NCBI GenBank assembly: GCA_001938485.1
Contig: MQRK01241454.1
Span: 1-64,000, forward strand
Length of the DNA stretch: 64,000 nt
Source: Girardia tigrina
Lineage: Eukaryota
Direction of reading: 5' to 3'
Position 1 is the stretch's first letter; every line of letters begins with the position of its first letter. The notes below the pieces were generated by a model that was not told where the DNA came from, searched no databases, and saw nothing but the letters and a program-made list of their open reading frames with translations. The position numbers and the translations under genes are program-made. This document shows, in pieces, positions 1 through 14,832 of this stretch.

Positions 1-32
<32 letters not shown>
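1..32. repeat. (AT)n microsatellite (others at ~4126-4156, 8132-8174, 14535-14561, 19027-19060, 47302-47329)
   Basis: Directly visible. Confidence 0.95.
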
Positions 33-38
<6 letters not shown>

Positions 39-659
39 GGACAAGAATAAGAAAAAAAATAATTGATAAAATTACCCAAATATTATATATTAATTCTATA
101 AGGATAAAAAAATGACATTTAAAAATTTAATCAAAAATTATGATATATTGTAATTTCTAAATTTATCCTTTAAATTAAAATTAAAATACTTAAATTTAAA
201 ATATGATTTCCAAAACCAAAGTCAATTTCAAATTACATTTTAAATATTCATAAATTAAATTCCAAAGCAGTAAAATGATCATTTGTAATTTATTAAATAC
301 ATATTATTAGAATTAATTATTTTTAATATTATTAAAATTTATAATTTATATTAATATTTAATTAAACAAAAGATTTTGTTGAAAAAAAATGTACAGATTT
401 TTTTAAAGATTTTTTTTAATTATCAAAAATCAAAATCTTTCAAAAAAGTAAAAATTTTCAAAAATGTTTAAACTACATAAAATATCGAAATAATTAGAAA
501 AAATAAGAAACAGAATTAATTTTTAATTTTAAAAATGATTAGAATTACAAATTAAATATTTTAAAATTTGCTACAGATAATGATAATTTTTTAATTTATT
601 CGATAAATAATTATGAAAAAATATACATTGTTTAATGTTTATAAAAGTGTGCAAACTCC

Positions 660-860
660 AATGAACAGTTGGGAGACTTGCATAAATCAGTCGTAAATCA
701 AAGCAATAACCGAGTTACCGGAGTTATTCAATTTGGAATCGTCCAACCTAACAAGGGATTCAAAATGCTAAATGCCATCTCATTCCCTTGCAATGTCACC
801 CTAGAGAGAGTATTATTGTGGAAAATATGACACACAAGAGACCGTTTAGTCGCATTCGTT
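660..860. promoter_or_regulatory. Candidate enhancer with tandem Hox/Pbx-type sites
   Basis: CATAAATCA (681-689) and TCGTAAATCA (691-700), i.e. TGATTTATG and TGATTTACGA on the minus strand, inside a GC-richer non-TE patch. Confidence 0.35.
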
Positions 861-3800
861 ATGTTTATTTTAATAATAAAATCTATACGAGAATTCGACC
901 AAAGCACTGCTTTATTCGATTTATGGGATAAATACTACAATAATCGATATTTCATTTCAATAATTTTAAATTTCGCACTACTCTATCAATATTGCTGGTC
1001 TATGAACATGCTATCACTAATTCAATTATCTTTCCACAGTTCAATCATACATCTGCCAGTAATGTTGACAATATGCTTTCAGAGCCTTTACGAGACACCC
1101 CACAGCAAGATCGAGATTAGGAAATAATTTCAACACAGCCTCATAACTTGAATGCGCATTAATCACCCCACCTCTCAGACAACTCACTAATTCGCCACTA
1201 AGAGTAGTCTGATCCAGAATGGAAAATTAATTGGCATTTACGCATCGCATACCGTAATTATTGATATGAAGCAGACTTTTTTTGCTTTTTTTTCGTTTAT
1301 CCTGTTTTGTTTTACTTTTGTTAAACTGTGTCGATTTAGTCGATTGTTTTAAATGCCACAATCAATGCTGGAGAAAAGAAAAAAAAACTTTGCTTTCGCA
1401 GAGTGTTCGGTTCGCTGACTCAACTGGTTTTTCTTTAATCAATAAATTGGATGCTTCCTTCAATTTATTTAGAGATTTGTCAGCCAAAATATCGCATCTT
1501 TTCACCACTTCACTGTTGACAATACTCAAAATAATTTCGTCAATCAATTTCGATTTCAATTTTCGTTTCTCAAATATAACGAACAAAAAAAACAATTATG
1601 ATATTAAAATAAGAATACGGTTTCGATAGATTTGATCTAATTTTCTTTCGTTATTTTGTTATGTTGGATAAAAACTTGAACCGATGCGAAGATTTATTGA
1701 TTTTTGGGTGGACAAGATAATAAATTTTAATAAAATTTTATATTGCAATTGTTAAAAAGAACCGAAAATTTTTAGGAATTTAAATTTAAATTAATGTTAT
1801 TTGTCGAAAATAAAATTGCATTTTGCTTTAAAAATTTTCTTAAAAGAAAAAAAGAAAAAATTAGCCATGACAAAGGTAAATAAATTGTCAAATGATTTAT
1901 AAAAAATTTATCAATGAATAATATATTATATATTTATATATCAATTATAATATTTCAGGACCGCTAACATTAAATGTGGTTTTTTTATTTTTGTTTTCTT
2001 TTTTTGAAATTACAAAATTACGTTTTATTTTTATATCATATTTTTAAAAATGTAAAATTAATAATTCATTACAGAACATGTTTTTATAAATTAGATAAAA
2101 ACAAAAGAATATTTATTTGTATAATTTTTCTATAAGACTGCCTTTTTGTACTTTTTTTTAAAGTAAAGATTCAAAATATTAAAAAATATTTAATAATCAT
2201 TTATTATGTTATAAATTGAAAGTTTAGTTCAGAGACATCAAAATGATATATTAAAATTTTTATTAAGATATCCCATGGAAGCATACTTAAGATTATCTTC
2301 TGTTATAAAGTCTTCAGTTATAAGTCTATCTAGTTCTACAAAAATCTGATTTTATTTTAAATCTGTAAAACTAAATAACATCATATATATTTATAACATC
2401 GTTTCAAAGAACACAAGACATAATAACTTTAAAGATACCTTTAATTATATAATTATATGAACGTTAAATTAAGCGACAACGCAGAATATCAAAATCTAAA
2501 TTTACCTTCTAACAAAATTTATAGGAAAATGTTACAACATTTTTTTATAAACTGTCAACTTATTGAACAAATATGATTAAACAATATCATGAAAAATAGG
2601 TTTTAAAATGTGCATGATATTTTAAATAAAAATAAAGGATTCAAGAGATATTATCCCAAACCTATTGTAAAGAAATACGTAATGAAGGAAGTAAAATTGA
2701 AAGTCAAATTGTTTTAACCATTGTTAATTTTGTCCATATTGACACCTTAATTTTCACTAATGATTTTTATATCAAGTTTAAAATTCTTTAACGGTCTGTT
2801 CTTAAATTTCTTTTTCAAAAAAAGACTTATTTATTTTATGAAAAAAATAAATAATAATATAAACATTTATTTTACTTACACAGAATAAAAACATCAAATT
2901 GAGTCATTAAATTAGATAAAGAAATATCCACTTGTATTTATTTTATTAATTTAATTTTGCATTTAATAATTTAAATTTTAAATTATATTAAAACTTTTTA
3001 ATTTTTTTGTCTTTTTTGTATTTATTTATATTTACTTAAATAAAATAAATAATAAGATTGTAATTATAACTTTCGTGGAAGAGTTTTTTTCATTTCTTTT
3101 TCAAGTAATTACATTTTACATTACATTTAATCAAATAGATTTTGTTAGAAAAATCTCTTCAACAAATAATGAAGTCAAAAGTTTGAGCTCTCATTCAATT
3201 ACAACCGAAAAAAGTTATTGAAATATTTATTTTAACATTTATAGAAAAATTATTTGTTTTCTTGTATCCATATAAGCATAATAATGTGTCAAAATCAAAA
3301 GTCAAAAGTATGACAAGTAAAAGTTTATAAAAAATATAATTTTTCATATGTTTATATGAAGTATTTAAAACATATATTCAGTTAAAATTAAATAATACGT
3401 CCATTTTGTAGATCTTAAAGCTTTAAAGGCATTAACAAAATTTTGTTTAAAAATAAATCAATGTAAGTTAATTGTGAAAACATTGAAAAGAATAATTATC
3501 AAATTAAATTTATCAGAAACATTTTCAATATATTACCATTATAATGGTACCTTTCTAATATAATATGTTCATATATTTTTTATAATATATATAATTTTTG
3601 ACAAATTTTCATTTTTATTTTACAAGCTTTATTCAACGTCTATTAATGATGAACTAAGTTGAAAACGTAAAATATATTTTAAGTGTTATATATTAAATTG
3701 AAATATTAATCAAAAATAAATTAAACACAATTCATTATTTTAAAATTATAAATCCTTTTCTTCTAAAACGTATTTTGTATTCATTTTTTGAGGCAAAAAA

Positions 3801-4122
3801 TAACAAGAATAATACGAAGAAAATTAAATTAAAATATATTTTTTATGGTTTTTAATTCCTTGCCACTGAAAATTTCACATTATTTTTCAAAGCTTTAAAC
3901 ATCTTTTTATTTATTTAATATTTAATAAACGTTCCGGAAGATAGGAAATTATTTATATTATAATAATATAAAACCAAATATTTCCTCACAGACATTTGAT
4001 TTTTTTTCATTTGTTTCTAATAAAACGTACTCAATTCATAAATTTTCTTTTAATTAGTTTGATTTTATTACGAGAATTCTAAAATAGAAAATTAAATCAA
4101 AATAACCTGAGAATTATTTGAC

Positions 4123-4162
<40 letters not shown>

Positions 4163-6084
4163 TAATTATAATTTTTATTAATCTAATCTTCCTATGGTAG
4201 ATATTAGATGATTATATTATTATCATAAAACAGTGTATATTATTAAATATTTTTATATTATTTATAAAGAGTTGTCAATATTTCAGTTAAATTAAAAATG
4301 TTTGGTATTGAAAAAAGAAATTTAAAGTTTCTAAAATTAATTTATAATAATCATTTATAGAGATCCTATTTAACTTTGTCAGTATCATAAAAAAGCTTTT
4401 TGTAAAATTCGATGCAATAGAAGAATGTTCATTTAGTTTATCTAAGCATTTCAAGATAAATTATAATGTTATTTTTTTATTTAAATAAATTTTTCTATAA
4501 TTTAAGGTTTCTATATATACTACAGAGGGAATCTTATATTTTGGTACTTAATAAAATACTAATAAAATGTTACATAATTGATATTGAAATTCATATGCTT
4601 ATCAATAATGACTTACTAAACAGTTAATGGAATAGATCTATATTGAAAGTAAAAAAATTACATATTTTAAAGAACAAACCTAAATATAACTTAAAGTCGA
4701 AATAATATATAATTATATTATTCAACTATTCAGAAAGGAAAAGATTTACTTTACGTAAAAAATCAACAGAGAATTTTACTGAAAAGAAGAAAAAAATATG
4801 TCTAATACATAATGGTAAAATAAAGAAGCAAGTTTTCTACAACCATTGAAATCATTTGTCTCGATAATACATTTAACAAAAAATGATTGTGTATTCGAAA
4901 AGAGAGAATCAACGGGGATTTCTTGATAACTTCATTCTCAATTAATATCAATATTAATCAAATAACAGAATCATCTTCATTATTTTGTGTTTTTGATCAA
5001 ATTCGCTGTCCTGTCCCGTGCTCCACGTGACAATATTGCAACCTACCAAATCGACCAACTGGGAGACGAATAGCAGTACTTCAATGAGTGTCATTCAGTG
5101 CCCATTAGCAGCTATTGATAAATAAAAAATTGAAATTAGAAAAAAAACTGTCGAAATGTCTTGAGCACAGCTCTCATTTATGCCAGTCAGTTCTTCAACA
5201 CCCGATGGGACTTGTCAAATGTCAATTTTTAAATTATTTGTTACAGTGCAATAAAAAGCTGCATTCTTTAAACTTAATTTGACAATTAAAATTCGTTTTT
5301 TTCAATATATTGAGATGCCACAGAAAAAAAAAGAAGAAAAAAGAGTTCAATCAAAATCAATGAATTGTGTATTTCCGCCCCTATAACTGAAGAAAAAATA
5401 TTTTTTGACTTTAATGTAAAAAAATAATTAATTATTATATTTTCATTCCGCCTAAAAAAATATTTTATTGTATAATATATTATATTATATTATGCGTCTT
5501 TTGATGATTAAAAACATTTTTATCATATAAAAATATTGTAATTATAAACAAAGTTAGTTGATTAATTATGATAAAAATATAGTAATTATAGAAAAATAAG
5601 TTTTAAAGTAAAGTCCACAAATAATTTTAATATATTAGGATAATTTTGGATTGAGCTCTTTAGACATTGCGTGAGTGACTTGAGTCTATGAAATCTCATG
5701 ATAAACTGCATCGAAATATTTTATTGAGGCAGTGCAATTTCTTCAATAATTGTCCAAAATCGGAGAGGACACTCATCATTAATACTTTGTCTCAAATAAA
5801 TAAAGATTGTTTTTAAATAATTTGTTGTCCTAATTTATTTGTTATAATGGATGAATTGATACACTAAAGAGCCATGTTATACTAATTTCATTACCTTCAG
5901 ACTAATGTTGTCTCTTAACGTTGATTCCTTTTACGAAATGTGTTACACTTTAGATCACAAATCTTTTCAAGGCATTTCAAAACAAATCTATAAATAAGGT
6001 TATTCATAAAAAAAACTATACATTAGAGAAATGGAAAAATAATTGAAAGGAAAAGAAATAAAAAAAGAATACTAAAGAAATGTG

Positions 6085-6098
6085 TTATTATTATTATT

Positions 6099-6140
<42 letters not shown>
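6085..6140. repeat. (TTA)n(TAA)n inverted microsatellite
   Basis: Directly visible trinucleotide run that switches strand. Confidence 0.9.
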
Positions 6141-6144
<4 letters not shown>

Positions 6145-8128
6145 GATAAAGCTTTTCTCTAAACCGTGCTCTACATGCATATTTCCATTTATCAATGTTT
6201 CTAAGATTAATTAAAAATCAGAAGATGTCTCCTAAGAAATTTGATCAACAAAGGGTAAAATTTTGGTTTAAAAAAGGTAAAGCATTTGAGAGAAAACCGA
6301 AATTCAAATAATTGGTTTTTAAAACATCAGTTTCACATTAAATTGGTTGATTGATTCTAATTTATTTCAATAATTACGTATTTGATATTGTTTTAAATAT
6401 TTTTACAAGGTGGAAAAGTCACTGTGTAAAAGAAATTTTTTCACAGAGTATTGATCTACAAAGATCGTGGATCACTGAAGATATTTAATATATATATATA
6501 TATCATTTCAAAAAATAAGATTTTTATTCTTCATAAAAATATGTATTTTGTCGATTTTATTGCAAATAGTTTTTCATTACATTATTCCTACAATATTATG
6601 ACCAGCGGCATAAATTTACATCGAAAATGAAAACAATGAAAGCTGTATCAGTTTTAGACATTCTTTAAAGTAAAATAAAAACCCCTTAATTTTTTTTAAT
6701 ATTGGTGAAATTTTGTAATATTGGTAAAATAAATAATTTTAACAAAACATGAAGAAATTTATAAATTGAAAAGTCATTCATTAATATATAAATTCCATTA
6801 ATATATCCTTCAATAAAGCTTATTTATTTTAGATAATTTTTCTCGAAAAAATAATATTGTCCGACTAAAGTCTTAGATATCATTATGATCCTATAAATAT
6901 TACATTCGACTTGAATTCTAATAGGAAAACGATTCCTTTCAAGGGCTCCAAATTTCTGTTAATGATTCCTTTTCTTAAAATAGTGAAATTTAGTTGGAAC
7001 AGTTATTAAATAGTGGGTGTGGTAAGTTTATTATTTTTTAATCTTATTTTTTACAAAAATAAATTACAAAATTAATCTCATAGAAAAATTATCTTTACCA
7101 AAATTTTATAACAAAATAGGACTTAATTTGACTTTGACAAGTAATCAAAATAAAATATTTTAATTAAACCTCATCAAATTTATCAAGTGTTTGATTAATT
7201 TAGAGATGGATAAATATGTAGCCATAAAAAGTCGGAAATTAGACTTCTTGTAATTAAAAACTATGTCCAAATAAAACAAACATCAGTAATCATAGGTATC
7301 AATATATAAACACTAAATATAAATTTCAACTTTTTAGGGGAAATAGTTGACAAAATATCTTCTGAAAACATAAATAAAACATACTATGAACTCCTTTTTA
7401 GTAAATTTCAATTTTTCAGTTGAGCCACAATCTATGATGGTAAAATGAAAATAGAATTCAAAATTTGACGAGACGAATCTTCACCTTAAAACCTAAATTC
7501 CCAAAAAAATTCTGAATCAAGTAGAGTGAATATAATTCGTGATCGCACGATATTTAGCAAAGCTAAAAATTCTGCATCATTTACTACATTTTAATTTACA
7601 ATCTGAGAATCTGTTTTGCTACTTACTACTGATTTCTTATTAGAATTCATTAACAAAAACATTACACATGAATGAAGCTCAACCTTTTTTACCTTTTTTT
7701 ATTAAAATTTGTTATGATCTTTTCATTATTTCATTTTTAAAACTTTATTTAAAAGTAATGTTATTTAATTATTAAATTTTCTAAGATTTAATGTTCAATA
7801 AATATAATTCGTAAAATGTTATTTTAAATTAAACTGACTAACAAAAAAAGAAAGAGGGAAAAGATAATCAATCACGATCAACAAAGTAGAGAAGTAGGAG
7901 TAGAAATAAAACTCGATTTCCACTAACTATCACTTTTGTCAAAGAAACGGTGATTTTGAAAGGATTTGGGATCTTGATCAATCTTTAGTATAATAAATAG
8001 GATGTCTTGTCCATATTTTTATAACCATCGATCCTACTCAAATCTATTTTTCAACTAAAATTAAAAATATGTATTTTAATAAGTTACCAATGAATCCATG
8101 ATTACTATGATGTAATACAAAAATGACC

Positions 8129-8177
<49 letters not shown>

Positions 8178-8540
8178 CAATTATTTAAAATGGCAACCAT
8201 TTTCTTCTTTAATTCTTATTGCTATAAATTACCAATAATATTTATGGTTTAGGAAATTTATGTATCTTATGAATCATGTTGAATCTATCCAAATTCAGGA
8301 ATTATTACTGTTAAATACTTAGTTTTTATTTTTTAGCAGGGCTGTATGGACATTTTTCTTAACTATTGTGAGGAATATTGTACGTTAGGCGTTTTATCTA
8401 TTGCTTTTTGATTGTGAGTCTCCCAACTTAAATAGTTGATATCTTCGAGATCAAACAGCTATTTATCAAATTTTAATTTTGATAGATAACCTTTTGTAAG
8501 ATATATTTTGATTGATGCAGTGTATCATATTTTGTGTGTT

Positions 8541-9230
8541 TTTTTACAAGCTTTTATTACGTTTCATTTGTTTGTTTGTTTGTCTGTCTGTATGGATCAA
8601 ATCTTGCGATCGAAATTTCACCCACTTCCCGTTGTGCTGGTGACTTGAAATTTTCAGGAGTGATGTATTCTAGATGACAATACACTATTTCTTGAAAACT
8701 TTTGAAAAAAAATAATTTTTTAAAATTTCTTTTGCAAAAAAACCACTTAGGATTATCTACAAATTTATACACTGTATTACATAGCAATCTTTTCGTTTAT
8801 TGTCATGAATGAAATTAAAGCTATCTAATTAATTACGAAATAATTATTACAAGTTTTTATTACGTTTTATTTGTTTGTCTGTCTGGATGCATCAAATCTT
8901 GTAATCGAAAATTCACCCACTTCCCGTTCACCTAGCGACATGAAACTTTCAGGACTGATGTATTCTAGGTGACAATACANTTTTTCACTGTCACTGCTCA
9001 TCTACAGCCTTTAGTTTGCCTGCAAAAAGTAATTAGTGTCGTTCTCATGTTTTCCTCAGTAGTAGTCTTTGAAATATGCTACATCTAAATGCAAATAGAA
9101 AGCGGGTTTTCGTCTAGTAGGCTTTGATAATTCAGTCAAAAAAATGTGGGAAGTGGGTGAAATAGATACAGAACCGCAAACATATGATAAATTATAAAAG
9201 CTTGTACACCAAAAATATTTTTGGTATGAT
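8541..9230 (+). mobile_element. DINE-1/HINE-like (Helentron-associated) non-autonomous element with a duplicated 5' core
   Basis: T-run, then sub-terminal inverted repeats TACAAGCTTTTAT (8545-8557) and ATAAAAGCTTGTA (9194-9206). (GTTT/GTCT)n microsatellite, internal IR 8615-8630 / 9148-9163, and 3' palindrome ACCAAAAATATTTTTGGT (9208-9225). The core is repeated at 8848-8979. Confidence 0.72.
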
Positions 9231-10389
9231 ATTTATTCTTTTTTAAAATTATATCTCCCACACTCAGAAGGTAGATTTATATTTAAAGGGGTTTTAAATT
9301 ATATTATGATCTTATAAAAAATATTAAATAAAATCAATTTTTAAATTTTCTTGAATAATTTTTTAAAAAACTTAATCAAAAATTTGATTTAAAAAATAGG
9401 ACATTAAGTTAAAATTAAAATACATTAAATGTTTTTTTTAAAAATGATATTTTAAAATAGACTTTTTATCTCAACCTAGAATGATGTCTATAAATGGAAA
9501 TTGTACAATGCATTTTCTCATTATGATTAAAGTTTTGTTCAACTAAACATTCTTAACATCATTATTTTCTTAAATTAAAATTTTCAAAATAAAGTTTTAC
9601 ATTTTTGATAAGTAAGTTACAATTTTATAGACAGATGATTTAAAATAAATTTTATAAAATAAAGTAAATTTAAAATTAAATGTTTAGAATTAATAATAAT
9701 GTATTAAGATCAGATAATTTATTTAAACTATCGAATGCGAATAGACATATTTATTATTAATATCAACTCGTGAATAGTGAAGAATTATGAAAATAAATTC
9801 TCGAAAGTGTTCGTGTTCTCAAAAACTATACAATCTGGAACTTTTATATTTTTTGATCATATTTCTTTTCATTTAATCATATTTAAAATAGATATTATTG
9901 TCCTTTAAAAATTTTCATGTATCCGTTTACCAAGATAATGAATAATATACATGTGGCATTATATTCATTACATGTGAATATATCGATCAAATTGAAACAG
10001 ACTTCAATGTTGGTGTAACGCCACGGCCATTGGAAGGAATGTCTGGTTGTCTCTATAAACAAATACCTGAACATAATTCAAAGAACAATTGTGAAGTGTT
10101 TGTGAACGTAAGAATTATTATAAAACTTAGATTAAACAGCTAATGTGAGAGGTTATTTAAATATCCTATAACGACTTTCTACAATGATTATATAATCCTT
10201 CTATAATTGTTAACATTTTTTAAAATTAAAGTATTTTAAGTCAGTCTGAAGATGACGTTTTTGGTCTTCATACTCTTAAAATAAATAAAATAAATATCAA
10301 AAAAAGGAATATTAAATCAACAAAATAAATTTTTTACTTACGTTTAAAAAATAAAAATAAACTTTAAAATAAATTTATATAAAGAATCT

Positions 10390-10598
10390 GGCCAAAGGGT
10401 CACGTCATATATGTTACTAAGAAATATTTAGATTAGTCATTTTACCTTCAATAAAAACGGAGAACACACTTTGAGTCTCCGATGTCATTAAACATCTCCT
10501 ACATCAGAATCCTCTCTGCAAACAGGATTTATTTGTTTGTATTTACAGGTTAATAAACATTTATAAAGTTTGCGTACATATTTTTGAGACATCCTGTA
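10390..10598 (+). mobile_element. Tc1/mariner right-end remnant
   Basis: Terminal TTTTTGAGACATCCTG followed by TA, the reverse of a typical CAGG(G/A)TGTCTCAAAAA TIR. Upstream there is a GxHFE-like transposase tail. Confidence 0.5.
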
Positions 10599-13500
10599 TT
10601 TATATATACATATATGTAGGCAGTGAATTCAAGCAGTATAATCTAATTAATAATGTATAATTTTAATTAAATAAACAAAACATGTTAAATTAGTGAACAG
10701 TTATCCACGAGTTTTGTATTAATAGACTCTTTCATTCATTAACTGAAGATAACAAAAACATCTGTCAAAATTAATATTTTATAGAAATTCTAATGAAACA
10801 TTTTCCTTTTTAAAATTTATTGAAATTTGATTTAATTGTTTTAAATTATTGAAAAATAAAATCAAGACTTTTTTCTTTCTCCATTTAAAACTTCAATGAT
10901 TATAAAATAAACAATTGTTTTAATCATGTAATTATTTTTTTTCTTATTTTCAAAAGTAAATTAAAATTTATTAAAATTCATTTGTTATATTAAATCCGAT
11001 TTAATTAATAAAACTAATTATCAATTTAAATAAATTAAATCATAGAAAAAAAGAAACTGTATTTTTTTGGAGATTTTTATTAAAAGTAATCAAATTTAAA
11101 AGCATATTGGAAATTCTGGAAAAATAGTCTAAAGACAGTAATATTTGTATAATTATATTATTGCTATTTAATTAACTAAAAGCTAATCTTCAAAATTCAT
11201 AGTTTTGTGTTATTTCTATTTTTTTGATTTTATTTTATGTTTGACTTGAAATTCAGATTAGCTTTATTTTATGTAAGTATTATATAGTTTGAAAAAGTTT
11301 TTTCTATCACAAAAAAATCTTTTATAAAGAAATTGAAAAAAAATTATTTAAATATTAATTTTTGTTTAAAAGGTTTTAATTGTTTTATTTCATTTAAATT
11401 TGATTTTAAATATTATATTTATAATATTTAAATTTTAAAATATAGTTTTTCGTAGATTAAAAATATTTTCAATATTTGTTCTGATCTTAAAATGAACAAA
11501 AACGTTTCTTCTTTGAAGAAAAAAAACGAAATCTTAAGTTTTGATCTTTTTAAAATTTAAACCAGAAGTCTCCAAATAAATTTGAATGTTTAACTGAAAA
11601 GTGTTTGTAAGTCGTTGAGGTTTTATAAAATAATAACTATTAATAATTCATTTGAAGGAATAAAACTGAGAAAAAAGAGACAACTTTTTCAAGAAGAAAC
11701 TTGGTTGATAACAGTTTCTCAGAGGAATTTTGTGTAGGAAAATTCTTTGAGATATCTCACTTTTTTAGTTATTTATTTCATCTTTTTTCTATTAATTCTT
11801 CATAATAAAGATATAATTGTAGATAACTATTATCAGTGAAAATAAATTTTCTCTTTTATTGATCAGGAGTTTTGCATTTTCTAGTTTGAACTGTTACGAA
11901 TGTTTCTTTTTTATTATGAAATTATTAAGAAATTATTGTCTCAAACTTCAACTAAAATGTCTAAAAGTTTTATTTTCTTTTGTGGATATTGTATTTTTTA
12001 TCGTCTTTCTCATATTATATTAATTAAAAAGTAATTTTACGAAAATGCCAGAACCTGAATAAACATATAAAAATTTTGGAAAAGAAAGTGCCATTTACAT
12101 TTTACAACATATAAAAAGGTTATAGCGTAACACATTAAAGAGTGTTTCAGATAATTGTTTTTCTTAGATTCTATTTAATTTTGGGAAAGATATTAGCGTG
12201 GAAAAATATTTAAGTATTAAATTCACAGAAGATGACATTTTAAAGCCATTAGAATTATTCAATTGAATGAGATTCTTAGGTTATAACTCTGCTAACAAAA
12301 GAAATTCATTCAATTAAAACCAGGTTCATTTTAATTGTGATACTAAAATATAAACGACTGGACCATCACAGACTTTATAAGAATACCTTGCTCATGTATA
12401 AAATACACAAACTTATCTATTGATATGAACATATGAATATACGGGTCATATTTAAAGGTTAGTATTGCTAAACAAACACCATCTACTATTCAAAACTTTA
12501 TTACACTAGTGTTAAAAGTATACCTTAATGAGAATGAGCACAAATTATTGATGAAACTCTGCAGAAATCTCTTTGAAAGTCTGCCGGACCAGGTGATCAT
12601 GGTAATCATTTTTAATTGATCTATATCTAAAATCTCAAATGTAATGAAGATCACAAATTCAATGTTTTGGCTACTGTGCATAAATTTCATTAATTTCAAG
12701 AAAATGGAACTTAATGATTTAGTAATTCCATTTGCCTGTAACTTTTTATCCTAAACTCTACCCTTGTGAAAAATTAAAAAGAGATTTTACTTTCTAATTG
12801 TATTACGTAAAATAGAATACAATTAGGAAAGAGTAAAACTCAACTGATATTGAATTACAATAGTTATTTAAAAAAAACTATTGGTGTCAAATAAAGAAAA
12901 TTAGCAATAATAAATAACAGTTTGATTTTGTAAATAAGTTATTGTTATCATTTTCATCTTTAGATTTTGCCATTGAAAATTCTAAATTTTGATATTAAAA
13001 CAAAATAATAACACGAATTTTAATTATTTAAACAAAAAATAAGAAACGAACCTAAAATGTTGTCTATAGTTTTGAGTTTTATTAAAAATAAAATTATCTT
13101 TAATTTACAAAGCAGTTATTTTATTTTGTTAAGAAAGATGTAATATTTTGTGTTATAAAATTGATTTTCAATTTTTATTATAATATATTATTATAAATTA
13201 TATTACTATACTATAAATTGGAAAAACATTTTCTGTTAACAGTATGTTTTTCAATTGAAACATTGGGGTGAAACTTCTGAGGAAGATAATATGACTACTA
13301 AAAGAAAATATTCCATGACATTGACCAATTTATTGTTATTTATCTCAGGTGGATAAAATCCATGAAGTTCTTCATTATTAAACGTGTCTTTTGTAGTCAT
13401 TTTTATTACCTTTTGTACTCAATGAATTCGATCTTTGTTTATATTTACTTCATATTTATATCTTTCATCATTTTTCTATTATAAAAGGTTTTATTTTGTA

Positions 13501-14530
13501 AACATTTGAAAATTAAAATTATATTACTTGGGGAAACGTTCACATTAACTACGAAGAAAATAACCAATAACGGCAACCTTTTAAATTTTAATAAATGAAA
13601 TTTTACTTAACAAATTTAATTATTATTATTAATTATTATTTATTAATTATTATTTAATTAATAATAACAATAATAATATTTTTTAATTCTTAATCAAGAA
13701 ATTATGAAATAAAATCAAAACAATATTTTTATTAAGAAGTTTTTTTGTTTTAAACAAATCAGTCATTATTATTAATGAACACAGTAAGTAAACCGAATCA
13801 TTTTATCAATCCGGTGAGACAAAATACAGAAAGCTCAAAAAGAAAAAAAACTCACTCTTATATGCGTCATAAATCAGTGGGTTACAAGACAAATAATTCA
13901 CTTTTGAATTGGATTATTTTGGGGTTTGGAAATTTCTTTTTATCAAAAGACAAAAAAGTTTCGTAGGTTAGATTTGACAGAAATTAGTTGCTTTAGAGGT
14001 TCGGTGAACAAAAATAGTATGAGACAATGTGATATAATAATGATAATAATATTTCTGTGGTTTAGGTTTACCATAAATTGATATAATTTAAGCGATGTGA
14101 TACTGACATTGAAATGATTGTGCGAAGGTGCTGCACATTAGTAAAGTACAAAACTGTTTGTCGCCATCATCAAGCATTCTTAGATAAACAAACAATTGAA
14201 CAGTCAACAATCTACTATAACAATTGATGTAAATTACATTTTATTTTCACGCATAGACAGTACGCAAAAGAAATAAACATTTACTATTTTTCTATAAGCA
14301 ATTAATGAAGATATTTATAATTATTAATCTGTCAACAAATTTGCATCCGTTTTGAATGATACATATTGTGTTTTTCTCATGAACAATATTGGTTAATTGA
14401 TTTTATTATTATTATTATTATTAAAAATTTTTTATAATTAAATTAATTTATTTGAATATTATATTTCAATTAATTTATTTTACTAGCGTTAGAAAGAAAA
14501 AAAAGGAAAACCAATAATAATTTTTTGTCA

Positions 14531-14562
<32 letters not shown>

Positions 14563-14832
14563 TGAAAAATAGAAGAATAAAAAGAAGAAGAAGAGGAATA
14601 AGAAGGACGTAAATTTACTGGATAAATTTGAGTAATAAATTATTGATTAATGAAGAAAAACAACTTAAAAGAACTGATTATTATAAATAAAATTTTAAAA
14701 ATTTCAATGTCAAAGAATAAAAGTCGAATGCTTAATTCATTAATAACATATGCATTATTACCTATCAGTACGGTTAAAGAGTTTGCAGTTTAGAGTTAGA
14801 CAGAAACTTCTCCTCGACTCAACGTGACTCAC

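Noticed and set aside
861-1629. ORFs 861..1127, 1282..1629 and 1362..1595
   Set aside because: F/I/L/K/N-biased translations typical of AT-rich non-coding DNA, partly with non-ATG starts and no recognisable motifs.
10001-10107. Candidate plus-strand exon (AG...GTAAGA, open frame FNVGVTPRPLEG...)
   Set aside because: The acceptor lacks a pyrimidine tract, the phase does not fit the upstream candidate exon, and the peptide could be a decayed transposase.
12350-12780. Possible ancient Tc1/IS630 fragments here and at ~23560-23900; possible hAT/piggyBac/pogo debris at ~5650-5790, 19960-20350, 24400-25620, 40100-40500 and 53860-54060
   Set aside because: Only isolated weak motifs (for example LPPY and P.L.PCE), too degraded to call without a profile search.
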